Sequence record: NC_049340.1
Length of the DNA stretch: 64,000 nt
Direction: 5' to 3' (one strand)
Numbering within the stretch: position 1 is the first letter of the stretch; each line of letters begins with the position of its first letter. Under the pieces are notes generated by a model that searched no databases, was not told the DNA's origin, and was given only the letters and a program-made list of their open reading frames with translations. This document shows positions 10,894 through 21,932 of the stretch, in pieces. The translations under genes were made by a program, and so were the position numbers.

Positions 10894-12222
10894 ATGAAAC
10901 AATACAAGAACATAGAGGATGCTAGAGTTAGTATTCTAGAGGCTGTTAACCTTGGTTTATTAATTGAGAACATTAAACCATTAACAATGCAAGGTACTTC
11001 TACTAAGAAGCATTTAATTAAATTACAGAATGAGAATCAATTGACTTCAATGGTATCTGTTAGTACCGCAATTTTTGAGACTAAGCAAATACAAAACATT
11101 GATGAGCAATTAAAAAAATTCACCAACGAGGCTACAAATGCTATCTTAGACCAAGGTGTAAAGGCATCTATTGTTTATGCATTTGAATGTATTGAAAGAC
11201 AAAGACAAACTGAAATTACCGAAAGTGCATTAAGTACTTTAGATACTTTGGTTGCATTATCTGAGTCTGATATTAAAAATAGTGTTCGTGCTGGAAAATT
11301 AAATCCATTTAGAACATTACCATTTGTAACAAACATTATCGAATCATGTAAAATTGTTGAGGATGATGTTGTTGAAACAAATGAAACTGTTGTTAGTCAT
11401 CCAGTATCTTATATTGAAGAGTCTGAGGGCGGTGTGTTCTTTAGAAGTGGTGATAAAGTTTATTGTATTAATGAAAGTGGTATTCGTGAGACATCTGCAC
11501 CAAGTGAATCATTTTCATACTTATCATCAATTGTTGAGAGTTTAACATATGCTGACAACAAACTATCTTATGTGCATGAATCATTAGGTTCATTTGAGAT
11601 TGATAGTAAGGGATTAAGAAGAAAGAGTTCTGATGGTATTTTTGAATCATTTGATGCTTATGCATTCACAAACAAAATGAGTACTATCGTTGAGTCAATG
11701 AGTTACCGTGATGGTGTAGTTGGTAGAAGAGATAGAAAAGCTAATATTGCTGTATGTGATGCATTGGTTGCTGTTTCTGAAAACTTTTCTAATGTTGCAC
11801 AATTAGATAATGTATTTGAGGCAGTTAATAAACGTAGTGGTGATAAAGTTTTATTTGTATGTAACGAAAATAACTATCACGTATTAACTGTTCAATCAAT
11901 CAGACAAGCTAAAATAGTTGAATCATTTACTGATATTCGTGATGCGATTGCATTATTCGATAAGAAAGTAGGTGTTAACCTTAGTGAGCAATTATCTGAA
12001 TTAGTTGCTGAGGCTGTTTCTGATGATGCACAAAAAGTAAAAGACATTACAGAGTGTAAAGAGTTAATAAAAGGTCTAAATGAACAAAAGGTTGATTTAG
12101 AAAAAGAAATTTCTGAATGTAAAAATGAAGAAATTAGAGAAGAATTTGTTGATACTCTTAAATTAGTTGAACAAACTATTATTGAAACACAAACAAAAAT
12201 ACAAGAATTAACAAGTATTTAA
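10894..12222 (+). CDS. Hypothetical protein, probable internal head protein
   Basis: 442 aa; many [ILV]xE motifs; late-type motif upstream. Confidence 0.45.
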   Translation: MKQYKNIEDARVSILEAVNLGLLIENIKPLTMQGTSTKKHLIKLQNENQLTSMVSVSTAIFETKQIQNIDEQLKKFTNEATNAILDQGVKASIVYAFECIERQRQTEITESALSTLDTLVALSESDIKNSVRAGKLNPFRTLPFVTNIIESCKIVEDDVVETNETVVSHPVSYIEESEGGVFFRSGDKVYCINESGIRETSAPSESFSYLSSIVESLTYADNKLSYVHESLGSFEIDSKGLRRKSSDGIFESFDAYAFTNKMSTIVESMSYRDGVVGRRDRKANIAVCDALVAVSENFSNVAQLDNVFEAVNKRSGDKVLFVCNENNYHVLTVQSIRQAKIVESFTDIRDAIALFDKKVGVNLSEQLSELVAEAVSDDAQKVKDITECKELIKGLNEQKVDLEKEISECKNEEIREEFVDTLKLVEQTIIETQTKIQELTSI

Positions 12223-12223
12223 T

Positions 12224-12248
12224 AAAAAGCACCGATAGGTGCTTTTTT
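12224..12248. terminator. Intrinsic terminator
   Basis: aaaaagcacc-gata-ggtgcttttt. Confidence 0.8.
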
Positions 12249-12284
12249 CCAACAAAAATTAATAAATTAATAAATTATACAACG

Positions 12285-12647
12285 ATGAGTGAAGTAGTAA
12301 AAAAGAAGCGTAGAAAGAATTATTTAACAAGTGATGAAATTAGAGCCGAATTGCAGGTTTGTCATGTAAGGGATGGATTAACCAATAGGATGGTTGATAT
12401 GTTCTGTTTAATGATAGACAAAATACAAGCACCGTTTAAATATCCTAGCGATGATGTTAGGATGGATATTAGGTCATTTGCGATTGAGCAATTAGTTAAA
12501 AAATGGAAGTCATGTGATATAAACAGACCTAATTTATTTTCATTTTTCACACAAGTTATAAAGAATGATTTATATGCTGGATGGAACTCATATAAACGTG
12601 GTTGTGCTGATTTTTCATATAGCACAATATTCACGGATGATGTATAA
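12285..12647 (+). CDS. gp55: Late-transcription sigma factor, gp55-like
   Basis: KNYLT..., NLFSFFTQVIKN, matching the gp55 NPFAYFTQ region. Confidence 0.7.
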   Translation: MSEVVKKKRRKNYLTSDEIRAELQVCHVRDGLTNRMVDMFCLMIDKIQAPFKYPSDDVRMDIRSFAIEQLVKKWKSCDINRPNLFSFFTQVIKNDLYAGWNSYKRGCADFSYSTIFTDDV

Positions 12648-12662
12648 TAAAAACAATACTTT

Positions 12663-13253
12663 ATGTTTTCATTAGACCCAAGACCTGATTTATTCAGGAC
12701 ACGGTTGCCTGATAAATTCATAGAACCAAATATTTTAACTAAATATGATGCTTTTATAAAACAAAAACCTTTTGTATTTGATTCGTTTATAGATGTTATG
12801 AACGAATCAATACAATCTTTTGATATACCAGCATTTGGTTTTTCGGCAACAATACAAGATGGTAATCGAGATAATGCGCTTGGTGCTATAGAAAGAGTTC
12901 ATGTACCACATCAATCAGTACAAAAATTTATTGATAATACATTTACCATCACATTTAAACATACTGAGGCTTATATGTCTTATTGGTTTATGGTGGAGCA
13001 TTGGTTCAAGAAATATCAGTTAGGTAAGGATGGTAATAGAGTTCCAATGGATTTTTTGTTACTTGAATTACTTGATTATAAACTAAATTCTATTGTAAGA
13101 ATAAAATTTAATAAAGTTTTATTCACAGGTGTTGATGGGGTTTCATTTGCGTATAATAATATTGATAGGACATCTGATACATTTACGGCAACATTCCAGT
13201 ATGGTACATTACAACCAGTATTTGATATACCTACATTAAATATAAAAACATGA
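12663..13253 (+). CDS. Tail tube-like protein (gp19 fold)
   Basis: FTITF...W, LELLD, KF..V.FTGVDGVSFAY...FTATFQY pattern. Confidence 0.55.
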   Translation: MFSLDPRPDLFRTRLPDKFIEPNILTKYDAFIKQKPFVFDSFIDVMNESIQSFDIPAFGFSATIQDGNRDNALGAIERVHVPHQSVQKFIDNTFTITFKHTEAYMSYWFMVEHWFKKYQLGKDGNRVPMDFLLLELLDYKLNSIVRIKFNKVLFTGVDGVSFAYNNIDRTSDTFTATFQYGTLQPVFDIPTLNIKT

Positions 13254-13681
13254 CAGAATCAACCATATTAGAAAATAAAAAATTAATACACAACATATTA
13301 GATTTACAATCTGAGGTTATAAAAATAAACAGGGATGCTGTTACCATAGATAGACATGTTTTAGTTGAGAAACAATATGAAATGGATATTGATTTAATTT
13401 CTAAGGTTGCTTATGGTACTAATGAAGCGATTGATATTCTTTGTAAATTCAATGGAATATCAAATCCTTTAAGTATTAAAGCTGGTGATGTTATATTCAT
13501 TCCGAATCTAAATTCTTTATTCTCAAATATGAAGAAGTTGAACTATAAATCAATGACATTGAGTAAAAGTTCAGGTTCATTACTTAAAACAACTCTAAAG
13601 AGTTCACAAACAAATCCTAGTAAGAAACAACAACCATCAAAAAATTTCACAAAATCGAATGATGGTATAATTATATTCTAA
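13250..13681 (+). CDS. Baseplate wedge gp53-like/LysM-like protein
   Basis: IDLISKVAYG...ILCKFNGISNPLSIKAGDVIFIP. Confidence 0.7.
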   Translation: MTESTILENKKLIHNILDLQSEVIKINRDAVTIDRHVLVEKQYEMDIDLISKVAYGTNEAIDILCKFNGISNPLSIKAGDVIFIPNLNSLFSNMKKLNYKSMTLSKSSGSLLKTTLKSSQTNPSKKQQPSKNFTKSNDGIIIF

Positions 13682-14972
13682 TGATTAATAAATTCAAACA
13701 CACACTTCAAACAAATCCTATAGTTTTAAGACAGGATGATGATGAGTCTATATTTATTGAAGAACATGGTGGAGTTTATTATCCTTTAATTAGAGTAAAG
13801 GATACCGTAGTACCATTCACATCAATAGTTTCATTTAATTTAGAAGTTGGTACATCATTTTTACCTAAATTAACATTCTCTATTGATGATGATGATTTTC
13901 ATTTTAGAGAAACTGATTTTATTGGTGGTATTGACACATCAACAATATTTATAGGTTCTGCGAAGGATGATATTAATGAGCCAATAAAGAATGATTATTT
14001 AATTCTTAGTGTTACATCATCTGCTGGTAGTTCAGTATTAACATTTGAGTGTGAATTACATGTTCCTAAATTATATACATCAACAAATAGGGTTATAACT
14101 GGTAGTTCACTTGATGTTATTGAAGCTGTTAGTAAAGAATGTGGTTTAGGATTCACAAGCAACATACAATCGACATCAGATAGTATGAATTGGATTCAAT
14201 ATCAAAATAATATTGACTTTATACATGAGGTCGCATTACATTCATATATTGATAATGACTCATCAATTATGTTATTTATTGACCAATTTGCGAATTTATG
14301 TTTTCTTAATATTAAAGAAGCATTGAAAGGTTCTAGTTCACATACATTAGAGATTAATCCAGTTAATGGAAATCATCTTGAAGAGCCTATTAACTTGTTA
14401 TTAACAAACAATAAATTAGATACAGATAATCCAGCAAAAATATCATCATATACACCTATCAATAATTACGGTGTGTTAGCAAAAAAATACACATCACAAC
14501 AAAATAAAGTTGGTATTTCATACACAGATTATACACAACTAACGAATGTTACTGATACACAAAAAAAGTTCAATTAGATAATTCATCTACATTTACATTT
14601 AGTGGTTCAGAGAATGCACATCAATTTTTTATGGTTGCGCCAGCAATACACCAAAATAATAAGCAATTATTACAAGGTATTCAACATTTAATTAATATTG
14701 ATTGGTCGATTCAATCATTATTTATGTTTCAGGTGCTACCTATTGATATTTATAATATTGCTAAACGACCTTATAAAAAATCAACAAACACCACAGTTAA
14801 TTTGGATGAATTAACCGACCAAGAACCACAACAAACATCAAACTCACATACTAGAAATGAGCAGTTGAGTGGTGATTGTTTAATACTTGGTATAACATAT
14901 ACATACTTTAGAAAACTAACTAAAAGTAAGGAATCTAGACTTAGACAGAAGTTAAAAGTATTCAAAATATAA
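13681..14972 (+). CDS. Baseplate hub-like protein, two ORF-track pieces joined by a -1 frameshift at the A7 run 14561-14567
   Basis: Second frame is open from KVQLDNSSTFTFSG into the 14631 ORF. Confidence 0.5.
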
Positions 14973-14997
14973 ACGCACCAAACGGTGCGTTTTTTCC
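14971..14997. terminator. Intrinsic terminator
   Basis: aaacgcacc-aaac-ggtgcgttttt. Confidence 0.8.
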
Positions 14998-15045
14998 TTT
15001 AATACATACTTTAAAGGAGAAATAGAATTTACACATCATTGTTAT

Positions 15046-15657
15046 ATGAACTTAATAGTAAACAACCATTCTATATTAATATACAATGGTATCAATTTAG
15101 TAAGACAGATTTTAAAACAAGAAATAGTTGAGGCTACCGTATTACCAAATCAGCAGATAATTAGATTTGAATTTAATGGTACTAAATATTCTGATTTTGA
15201 TATTGATTTTAATACGGTAAAAACAATAAATGAGAAGTCATTTGATGCTAGTATTACATCATCAGCAACATATGGTAACTTAACCGTTCAACCAAGTTTG
15301 ACATTTCCAGCATTTGTAAAGGAGTTACAAACACATGTTGAGATAATGATACAGAGTGATTCGGTTTCAGCATCAACACCAACATCAACATATGCAAAAA
15401 GAGTTATTACAATAACTGGATATACTGCAAATGGTACGACATTAAACACAACTGCTGTTAGTGGTGGTACATGGACTGCAACAGGAACAGTTGATTTTGT
15501 ATCAAGTTCTAATTTCAATGATGAAAGAAGAGTTAAGGTATTAATCAACAACAGGTATGCTATGAAACCTGATGATATTGTTTATTTATCAAACACCACA
15601 TTTATAATTAACATAGATTTAGATGCAGGTGATAAAATTACAATATGGACATTATAA
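15046..15657 (+). CDS. Putative virion protein; N-terminal domain paralogous to 18103 ORF
   Basis: Late-type motif at 15001; beta-rich C-terminal half. Confidence 0.55.
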   Translation: MNLIVNNHSILIYNGINLVRQILKQEIVEATVLPNQQIIRFEFNGTKYSDFDIDFNTVKTINEKSFDASITSSATYGNLTVQPSLTFPAFVKELQTHVEIMIQSDSVSASTPTSTYAKRVITITGYTANGTTLNTTAVSGGTWTATGTVDFVSSSNFNDERRVKVLINNRYAMKPDDIVYLSNTTFIINIDLDAGDKITIWTL

Positions 15658-15701
15658 AACAAAGAACAAACATTAAAAACAATTTATAAAATAATTAATT
15701 T

Positions 15702-16673
15702 ATGATTAATAGTAGAGCAGTCGCACTAAATAGAGCAGATGCAACAAGTTTATATGTATCTTTATTCGATAAGATGCGTGCAGGGCAAGTTTATAACGTG
15801 CCTAAAGTTTCAGCAAATACGGTAACACCTGTTAATGTTGACCACATGACCCTTACAACAGCCCAATTACCTGGCGGTGTTATCGGTGTTTATGGAGGTT
15901 CATCAGCAACACTACCAGCCAATAACTCGATAGTAATGTCAAAGTTAGCTGGTGCTGTAGGTACAGGAGCAACAACAATAGTAACTGATAATTTCGGTAA
16001 CATTCTTAACCTAGTACCAATTACTGATGCGACAACAAATGATGATATTATTGTACCAAGTAATTATGCAACAACAGCGTTACGTGAAAGAAAAGTTTAT
16101 GGACTTTTACAAACAGCTAGTACGGTTACTGATGGAACAGCAGTACATGCTACAGTAGCTAATTGTCAAATTTCATTTGTTGTATTTGATGCAACAAACA
16201 CACTTCAATTGGTAACACTTAATCAAGCTATTGAATTTGGTACTACACAATTCCGTGATGGTTTACATGTACCAGCAATTGTTAGACATGGTTCAGACCA
16301 ATTAGATGATGCATTAAGTGGTGGTAATATTGAGTATATTGAAAGAACATTTACGGTTACTGCTCAGGTTGCCGTAGGTGAGCAATTAAATGTTAATACA
16401 GGAGCAACAAACGGTAATGGAACAGTAACAACTAACACAGTTGTTGATGGTGGTGTTACAGTAACAAATGTTAACATACAAACATCATCAGCTAACTTTA
16501 TAAGTTCACCAAGTTTAGAGATTTGGGATAATGGTGTACCAATGGTAAAGGGTGCATCACCACTTTCATCACCAACTGAGGTTGCTTGGGTAAGCGCAAC
16601 AGATATTTCTTTTTATAGAGTTTTAGATGTTGGTGATATTATTACATTAAAGATACCATTAAAGAATAACTAA
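15702..16673 (+). CDS. Putative virion structural protein
   Basis: Thr/Val/Gly-rich, highly expressed-type codons. Confidence 0.55.
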   Translation: MINSRAVALNRADATSLYVSLFDKMRAGQVYNVPKVSANTVTPVNVDHMTLTTAQLPGGVIGVYGGSSATLPANNSIVMSKLAGAVGTGATTIVTDNFGNILNLVPITDATTNDDIIVPSNYATTALRERKVYGLLQTASTVTDGTAVHATVANCQISFVVFDATNTLQLVTLNQAIEFGTTQFRDGLHVPAIVRHGSDQLDDALSGGNIEYIERTFTVTAQVAVGEQLNVNTGATNGNGTVTTNTVVDGGVTVTNVNIQTSSANFISSPSLEIWDNGVPMVKGASPLSSPTEVAWVSATDISFYRVLDVGDIITLKIPLKNN

Positions 16674-16675
16674 TA

Positions 16676-17248
16676 ATGATTAATAGAAAACAGATTAGAA
16701 ATGGTGCAATTCAATTTAGGATGGTATCTAATGAAACCGAAAGGTTATTATTAAAAGATGTTGAAATAGGTGATATAATATACCAAAATCAAGATAATAG
16801 ACGATATGAACTTTTATCATTACCAGCATCAAATCCTGTTAATTGGAAATTATTACTTAATACAATTTCGGGTGTTTTTAATTCAAGCGTTTCTCAAACA
16901 TTATATACTGATATTAATAGAAATTTAACAATATCATGGGATAGTGTTAATTTTCAACCAACATATACAGTAAATGGTTGGGGATGGATTGATGGTGCAA
17001 TAATAAAAGTTGATGGAAATAGTTCTACTATAAGAATTAATGCTGATGATAAAAGTTCAGTTGATGGTACTTTTTACTTTACAAATAATGGTGCATTAAA
17101 TACTGCATTTAATATGGAAAATTATGGGTCATATACATTTTGCACATTGGTTAAAGAAAGTTATGATCCAAATTATCCAGCAGTAATGATTCATATGAAT
17201 TTAGGAAATACTGGAACATGTGCATATATAATTAATATAATAAATTAA
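16676..17248 (+). CDS. Putative tail fibre/virion protein
   Basis: 190 aa, beta-rich, in structural cluster. Confidence 0.45.
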   Translation: MINRKQIRNGAIQFRMVSNETERLLLKDVEIGDIIYQNQDNRRYELLSLPASNPVNWKLLLNTISGVFNSSVSQTLYTDINRNLTISWDSVNFQPTYTVNGWGWIDGAIIKVDGNSSTIRINADDKSSVDGTFYFTNNGALNTAFNMENYGSYTFCTLVKESYDPNYPAVMIHMNLGNTGTCAYIINIIN

Positions 17249-17251
17249 TGT

Positions 17252-18045
17252 ATGAAAATTTATTTTAATAAACAGTCTATTGATAAAAATAATTTAGATA
17301 TTTCATTGGATGAATTATTTTGTATTAATCACAAATGGGATTATGGTGTTTATGAAAATATATCATTTAATATAAATGAACACCAACTTAAATTGGAAAA
17401 TGATACCATAACTATTATTAACAAAACAAAAACAAAACAAGAAAAATCACAATTATTAATAAAAAAATTTTATCAAAATATTCAAATTTTGATATACTTA
17501 ATTATGATTTTACACTTTTGACAGAATTAGAAAAAGAAAGTCCTTTATATGATAAGGGTAGAAAAGTTAAGTCATCTTATATAAAAAATGGACATGTTTA
17601 TATAGAAAAAATATTCAAAGATGTGTATTCAGATGATAATAAATTAACTGGAATACTTATGGATATAAATTGGTATAATGAAGATGGTAGTATTGGTTTA
17701 ACAAAACAACAATTAATAAAAAAGTTTAATTCTGCTGAACTAAAAACAGAATTAAGAAAAAGAAGAAATCGAATAATAGATTATTTAATAGCTAGAGCAG
17801 AAGACCTTAATATTGATTGGTTTATTAACATACTTTTAAAAGAATTAAAAACAGAAATAGAACTTTTTATTGAAAATAAAACGTCAGATTTTTATAATTC
17901 AATAATAAGTGAGCTAGATAACGAAAATAGTAAATCAATCACAAACCCAAATAATGGTTCACAAACAACAATAAGAGATTTTTTAAAAACAAATTTAGGA
18001 AATGGTCAGTTTTTATATGAAGCCATTCTAGAGGATTTGGTGTAG
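17252..18045 (+). CDS. Hypothetical (fibre-assembly-like) protein; frameshift at A-run ~17461 joins two ORFs; paralog of 19391
   Basis: Second frame reads KILSKYSNFDILNYDFTLLTELEK into the 17518 ORF. Confidence 0.5.
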
Positions 18046-18102
18046 ATTTAATTATTCAATATTAATACATAATTATTTATAATATAATTAAAAACACATT
18101 AG

Positions 18103-19389
18103 ATGAAACATTTAATAATTAATGAAAATCTTATTGTTGTATTTTGTGAAAAACAAAACCCAATAAGACAAATTTTCCAAGAAGATGTACTATATGGTAC
18201 AATAGAATTGGAATCCGAAACGATTTATTTAGAATTACAGGATAGTACCACTTATAATATTAAATTTAGTGAAATAAAAGCAATAAACACTACATCATTT
18301 GATAAGAACTTTAATAAAATTACTGTAGCTGGTAACGTTGAATTTAAATCATCAAACTTTATAGACTTTATAAAAGAGTTACAAAGTCTTTGTCAATTTA
18401 GATTACATGCTGATGCAAATTCAATGTTTAATATGCTTAATGATTTATCAAAAGCAAATGAAACTGCATTACAAACCAACAAAAAATTTGACAACTTCTT
18501 AGATGATTATAAGAAATTTCCGAGTCCTATTTTAAATAAAATTAAACTAACACAAGCGTTTAATGAAGTTAAGAAATTTAGGTTATATGGTAGTTACTTA
18601 ACACCAGTAACAAAAATAGTAATTGATGATTTAACTGTTGTTACAGATTTCATATCATCTGAGATTATTGAAGTTACAATAACAGCAAAAGATATATTAA
18701 AGAAATACAATTTGACAATTATTTCTGAATTTGGTGAAAATACATATAATGAAATGTTAGATGTAAGGGAATCAAATTGGATTGATTTACGTGAGGGTGG
18801 TTCGGCAATAAAGGCTGGTATTACTGATGATAAAGACCTTATTATTCGTAGTGGAATGGTTTATATTAGAGATAAACGAGGAATTTATTTTATGGGTATT
18901 CAACGCTGGAAAACAATCGCTAGATTTAATAAATTAAAATGGAAGCGTAGTGAAGAAACAAAGACCATAGAATTTATTATGACAGCACCCCAAGGTGCAA
19001 TGATGTTAGGTTTAGGAACTGATGAAAGAAATAATTTAAGTACTTCTCAATGGAAAGAACACGATTTAACATTATTTTTCAATAGTCCAACAAGTTATTG
19101 GGGTTTATATGGGCATAATGTTATACCAAATTCATATGTTAGGGTTGGTAGTTATGCTAAATTTGACCCTAATTCGGTATTAAAAATAAGAATCGAAAAT
19201 AACGGTAATGTTGGTGCATATGTTAAGGTTTATGTAATGCCAAATGAAACTGATTGGGATGCAGAGGGAACATTGATTGTAAATCAAAAAGTATCTAATA
19301 AATTTCCAGTTAATTCAGAAACTATAATGCCAGTATTAATGCCATTTAGTGGAGTTTCACAAAGATTTATAGCAATAAAAGTAGAGTAA
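18103..19389 (+). CDS. Putative virion protein with Ig/IPT-like and beta-sandwich domains
   Basis: PSPILNKI...FRLYGSYLTP...IIEVTIT; late-type motif at 18064. Confidence 0.5.
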   Translation: MKHLIINENLIVVFCEKQNPIRQIFQEDVLYGTIELESETIYLELQDSTTYNIKFSEIKAINTTSFDKNFNKITVAGNVEFKSSNFIDFIKELQSLCQFRLHADANSMFNMLNDLSKANETALQTNKKFDNFLDDYKKFPSPILNKIKLTQAFNEVKKFRLYGSYLTPVTKIVIDDLTVVTDFISSEIIEVTITAKDILKKYNLTIISEFGENTYNEMLDVRESNWIDLREGGSAIKAGITDDKDLIIRSGMVYIRDKRGIYFMGIQRWKTIARFNKLKWKRSEETKTIEFIMTAPQGAMMLGLGTDERNNLSTSQWKEHDLTLFFNSPTSYWGLYGHNVIPNSYVRVGSYAKFDPNSVLKIRIENNGNVGAYVKVYVMPNETDWDAEGTLIVNQKVSNKFPVNSETIMPVLMPFSGVSQRFIAIKVE

Positions 19390-19390
19390 T

Positions 19391-20140
19391 ATGAACAAGA
19401 GATACACAATATACGATTATATCGACTATACGGATGGATTTTTTACACCATCTGATGAAAGCACCGTACCAAAAAGAGTTAACCCAAAGAAAGATTTAAT
19501 AATAAGACCATACGAGGAAATTCTATTATCTGAAAGTGGTGAAGTTAATGAAATTGTACATTGGGATAGTCCTGAAAAAAATGTACCGTTATTACATGAA
19601 TTTATATCATATGAGCGTGATAAGGTCGGAACTAGAACCAAAGGATTGGCACTAACACAAACAAAAGTTTTAAAGTGGTATTACCATGATGAAGAAACCA
19701 GTTCATATTCTTTAGATGAAGATGTAAATAACCATAAAACGCTAATAAAAGATTATTCAAAGGGTGCTGTTGTTGATAGTCAAGGTAATAAGCTACCGAC
19801 AGCAGAACAGACAAGTGAATGGAAAAGAAAATCACAGAATGTTATATCATATATGTTAACAAATGAGGTTGCTGGTACATTAATAGACCAAGCAGTATTT
19901 CAATTATTTGATAACATAATGGTAGATATTCAAAAGTGGCAAAATAATCCAGTTTCAACAGCTTTTATGGATGCTGTAAATGAAAAGAAAGGTGGTTTTG
20001 AATTACAATTATCACCTACAGTAAAATTAAATATTTGGGATATAAATGTTTCTAGGAATCCTGAAAAGCAATATAGCTTACAATATTTTATGCAAGAGCG
20101 ATTAAGGGCAATAATGAATGATGTAAAATCACCAGTTTAA
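19391..20140 (+). CDS. Hypothetical protein, paralog of 17252-18045
   Basis: Shared WY..D / LIK / AE...E.RK...I.Y pattern. Confidence 0.55.
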   Translation: MNKRYTIYDYIDYTDGFFTPSDESTVPKRVNPKKDLIIRPYEEILLSESGEVNEIVHWDSPEKNVPLLHEFISYERDKVGTRTKGLALTQTKVLKWYYHDEETSSYSLDEDVNNHKTLIKDYSKGAVVDSQGNKLPTAEQTSEWKRKSQNVISYMLTNEVAGTLIDQAVFQLFDNIMVDIQKWQNNPVSTAFMDAVNEKKGGFELQLSPTVKLNIWDINVSRNPEKQYSLQYFMQERLRAIMNDVKSPV

Positions 20141-20229
20141 TATTATTCCCAATAGACCCTGAATTATTCAATCTATTGGGTTTGGTTTTACATATAACTA
20201 ATAACCCCACATCAATACTAAATTTAAAC

Positions 20230-20835
20230 ATGATAGAGAATACTAAAGGTTTATTAGAATCTTTGAGTGCGTTTATTAGAAGACTTAACCAAACTTCACT
20301 AAAACGCATTATTATATACGTCATAATCATTTACCCACTAGTTTTTGGAATCTACTATAAAAAAGAAATATTGGAACTTTTTAAGAGTCATAAAGACAAT
20401 CAAGTAAAAGTTAGAAAATTAGATGTCGCAAACAATAGATGTTTTGAACTCAGAGAAATTTATGGTGCTGAGGCTGTAATGTTGTATGTTTATCAACCAA
20501 ATAGCAGTAGAAAAACATCAAAGGAACGTATTGCAATATCGGTTGGTTCTGTATATAAACCACTAGAAGAAAATAACAGGGTTGAATTGATTACTAGAAC
20601 ACACGTTATTGAAGACCTAAGAACAGATGGTGTTGCAAAAATTACTAAGTCTAGTGGACATGTATTATCAAATGTTATATTTTCATATGGTCTAGATGTG
20701 GCATACATAGTTCCGATAAAGGATATCGGTTCTAATTCAATAATCGGTGAAGTTATTTATGTATTTAAAGAGGATAAAAACTATGATATAAATGCATTAA
20801 TAACAAGCGCACAAATGTTTTCATATGATATATAA
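20230..20835 (+). CDS. T4 T-like holin (single TM plus GAF-like domain), copy 1
   Basis: TM IIIYVIIIYPLVFGIYY; YGAEAVMLYVYQPN; YIVPI...IIGEVIYVF. Confidence 0.55.
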   Translation: MIENTKGLLESLSAFIRRLNQTSLKRIIIYVIIIYPLVFGIYYKKEILELFKSHKDNQVKVRKLDVANNRCFELREIYGAEAVMLYVYQPNSSRKTSKERIAISVGSVYKPLEENNRVELITRTHVIEDLRTDGVAKITKSSGHVLSNVIFSYGLDVAYIVPIKDIGSNSIIGEVIYVFKEDKNYDINALITSAQMFSYDI

Positions 20836-20983
20836 ATCACTTAAATTGGTAGCAGAGGGTGTATTAATGCCCAAAGATATAGGACAACAAGATTCTGAAT
20901 TACAAGAATTAATTAATAAAGATGTTGAGAGAACACGAATATCAACATTCAGACAATCTAAAAACACGGAAAGATGGAAATAA
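20825..20983 (+). CDS. Small ORF (52 aa) overlapping the holin stop
   Basis: MIYKSLKLVAEG...TERWK, translated by hand. Confidence 0.4.
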   Translation: MIYKSLKLVAEGVLMPKDIGQQDSELQELINKDVERTRISTFRQSKNTERWK

Positions 20984-20999
20984 TCTTTCCGTGTTTTTT
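20960..20999. terminator. Intrinsic terminator
   Basis: aaaaacacggaaaga...tctttccgtgttttt, 15-bp stem. Confidence 0.8.
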
Positions 21000-21033
21000 C
21001 GTCTACTTTGTTTTATACAAAAAAGTTTAAAAT

Positions 21034-21932
21034 ATGATACACACATTTTGGCACAATACGGATACAAACAAAAAATTACCATTCAATAACGTTAATTGCA
21101 TAAAATCTTGGATACACCAAGGTAAAGAAATTAATATATGGGTATATGATGATAACATATTAACATCAGAGTTCAAAACTTTTTGTAACAATAATGAATT
21201 AATATCAATAAATGATGCAGACCAAATAATACCATACGATGAATATACAACAATTGATTATGGGTCAAACGGTCATTCATTCGCATCATTTTCAGATGTA
21301 TTTAGATACAAGGTTTTAGATATTTTTGGTGGTTGGTGGTTGGATACTGATATTATATTATTGAATAGGAATTTAGATGTACTAGAAAATGATTTAGATG
21401 ATGATTCTGAGCCACTTTTTTTCATAGAACGATACTCAACCCACCAAGACCACTTAAAGTTGAATAATGCGGTTATATATGCACCAAAAAAAGGTATTAT
21501 GGATTCATTTTATAAAGAATCATTAAGTATCTTAAATGATATGATTGAAAATAAAAGATTGGTAGTGTTTGGGGTAATACTGGGCCAGACCTTATTACGG
21601 ATAGAAAAAATGATGTTAATCATGGTGATTATAGGGATTTCTATCTGATAGACTTCTATACATACACAGGAAGTTTATATAGCTATGCATATAGTCAATT
21701 AACCATGGATAACTTAGTTAGATTCTTTAAACAAAAACCATTTGGAATACACTTATGGGAATCTTATTTATATAAACATGGTAATATTAAGAGATTTTCA
21801 TTATTTGATTTATGTTTTAGACTATCACACAAAGGTAAAGAAATTACAATAGAAAATATAATTGATGAACTACCACCACATATGGTCGGTGTGTTCCCAA
21901 ATGTAACTAGACCAAATCACTTAGATGGATAA
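21034..21932 (+). CDS. DXD glycosyltransferase (GT32-like); frameshift at ~21553 joins two ORFs
   Basis: FSDVFRYKVLDIFGGWWLDTD; second frame WGNTGPDLIT...GIHLWES. Confidence 0.8.

Noticed and set aside
21034-21932. Glycosyltransferase as a genuinely split two-gene system
   Set aside because: One added A at ~21553 restores a continuous GT32 with the WGNTGP motif; typical homopolymer error.
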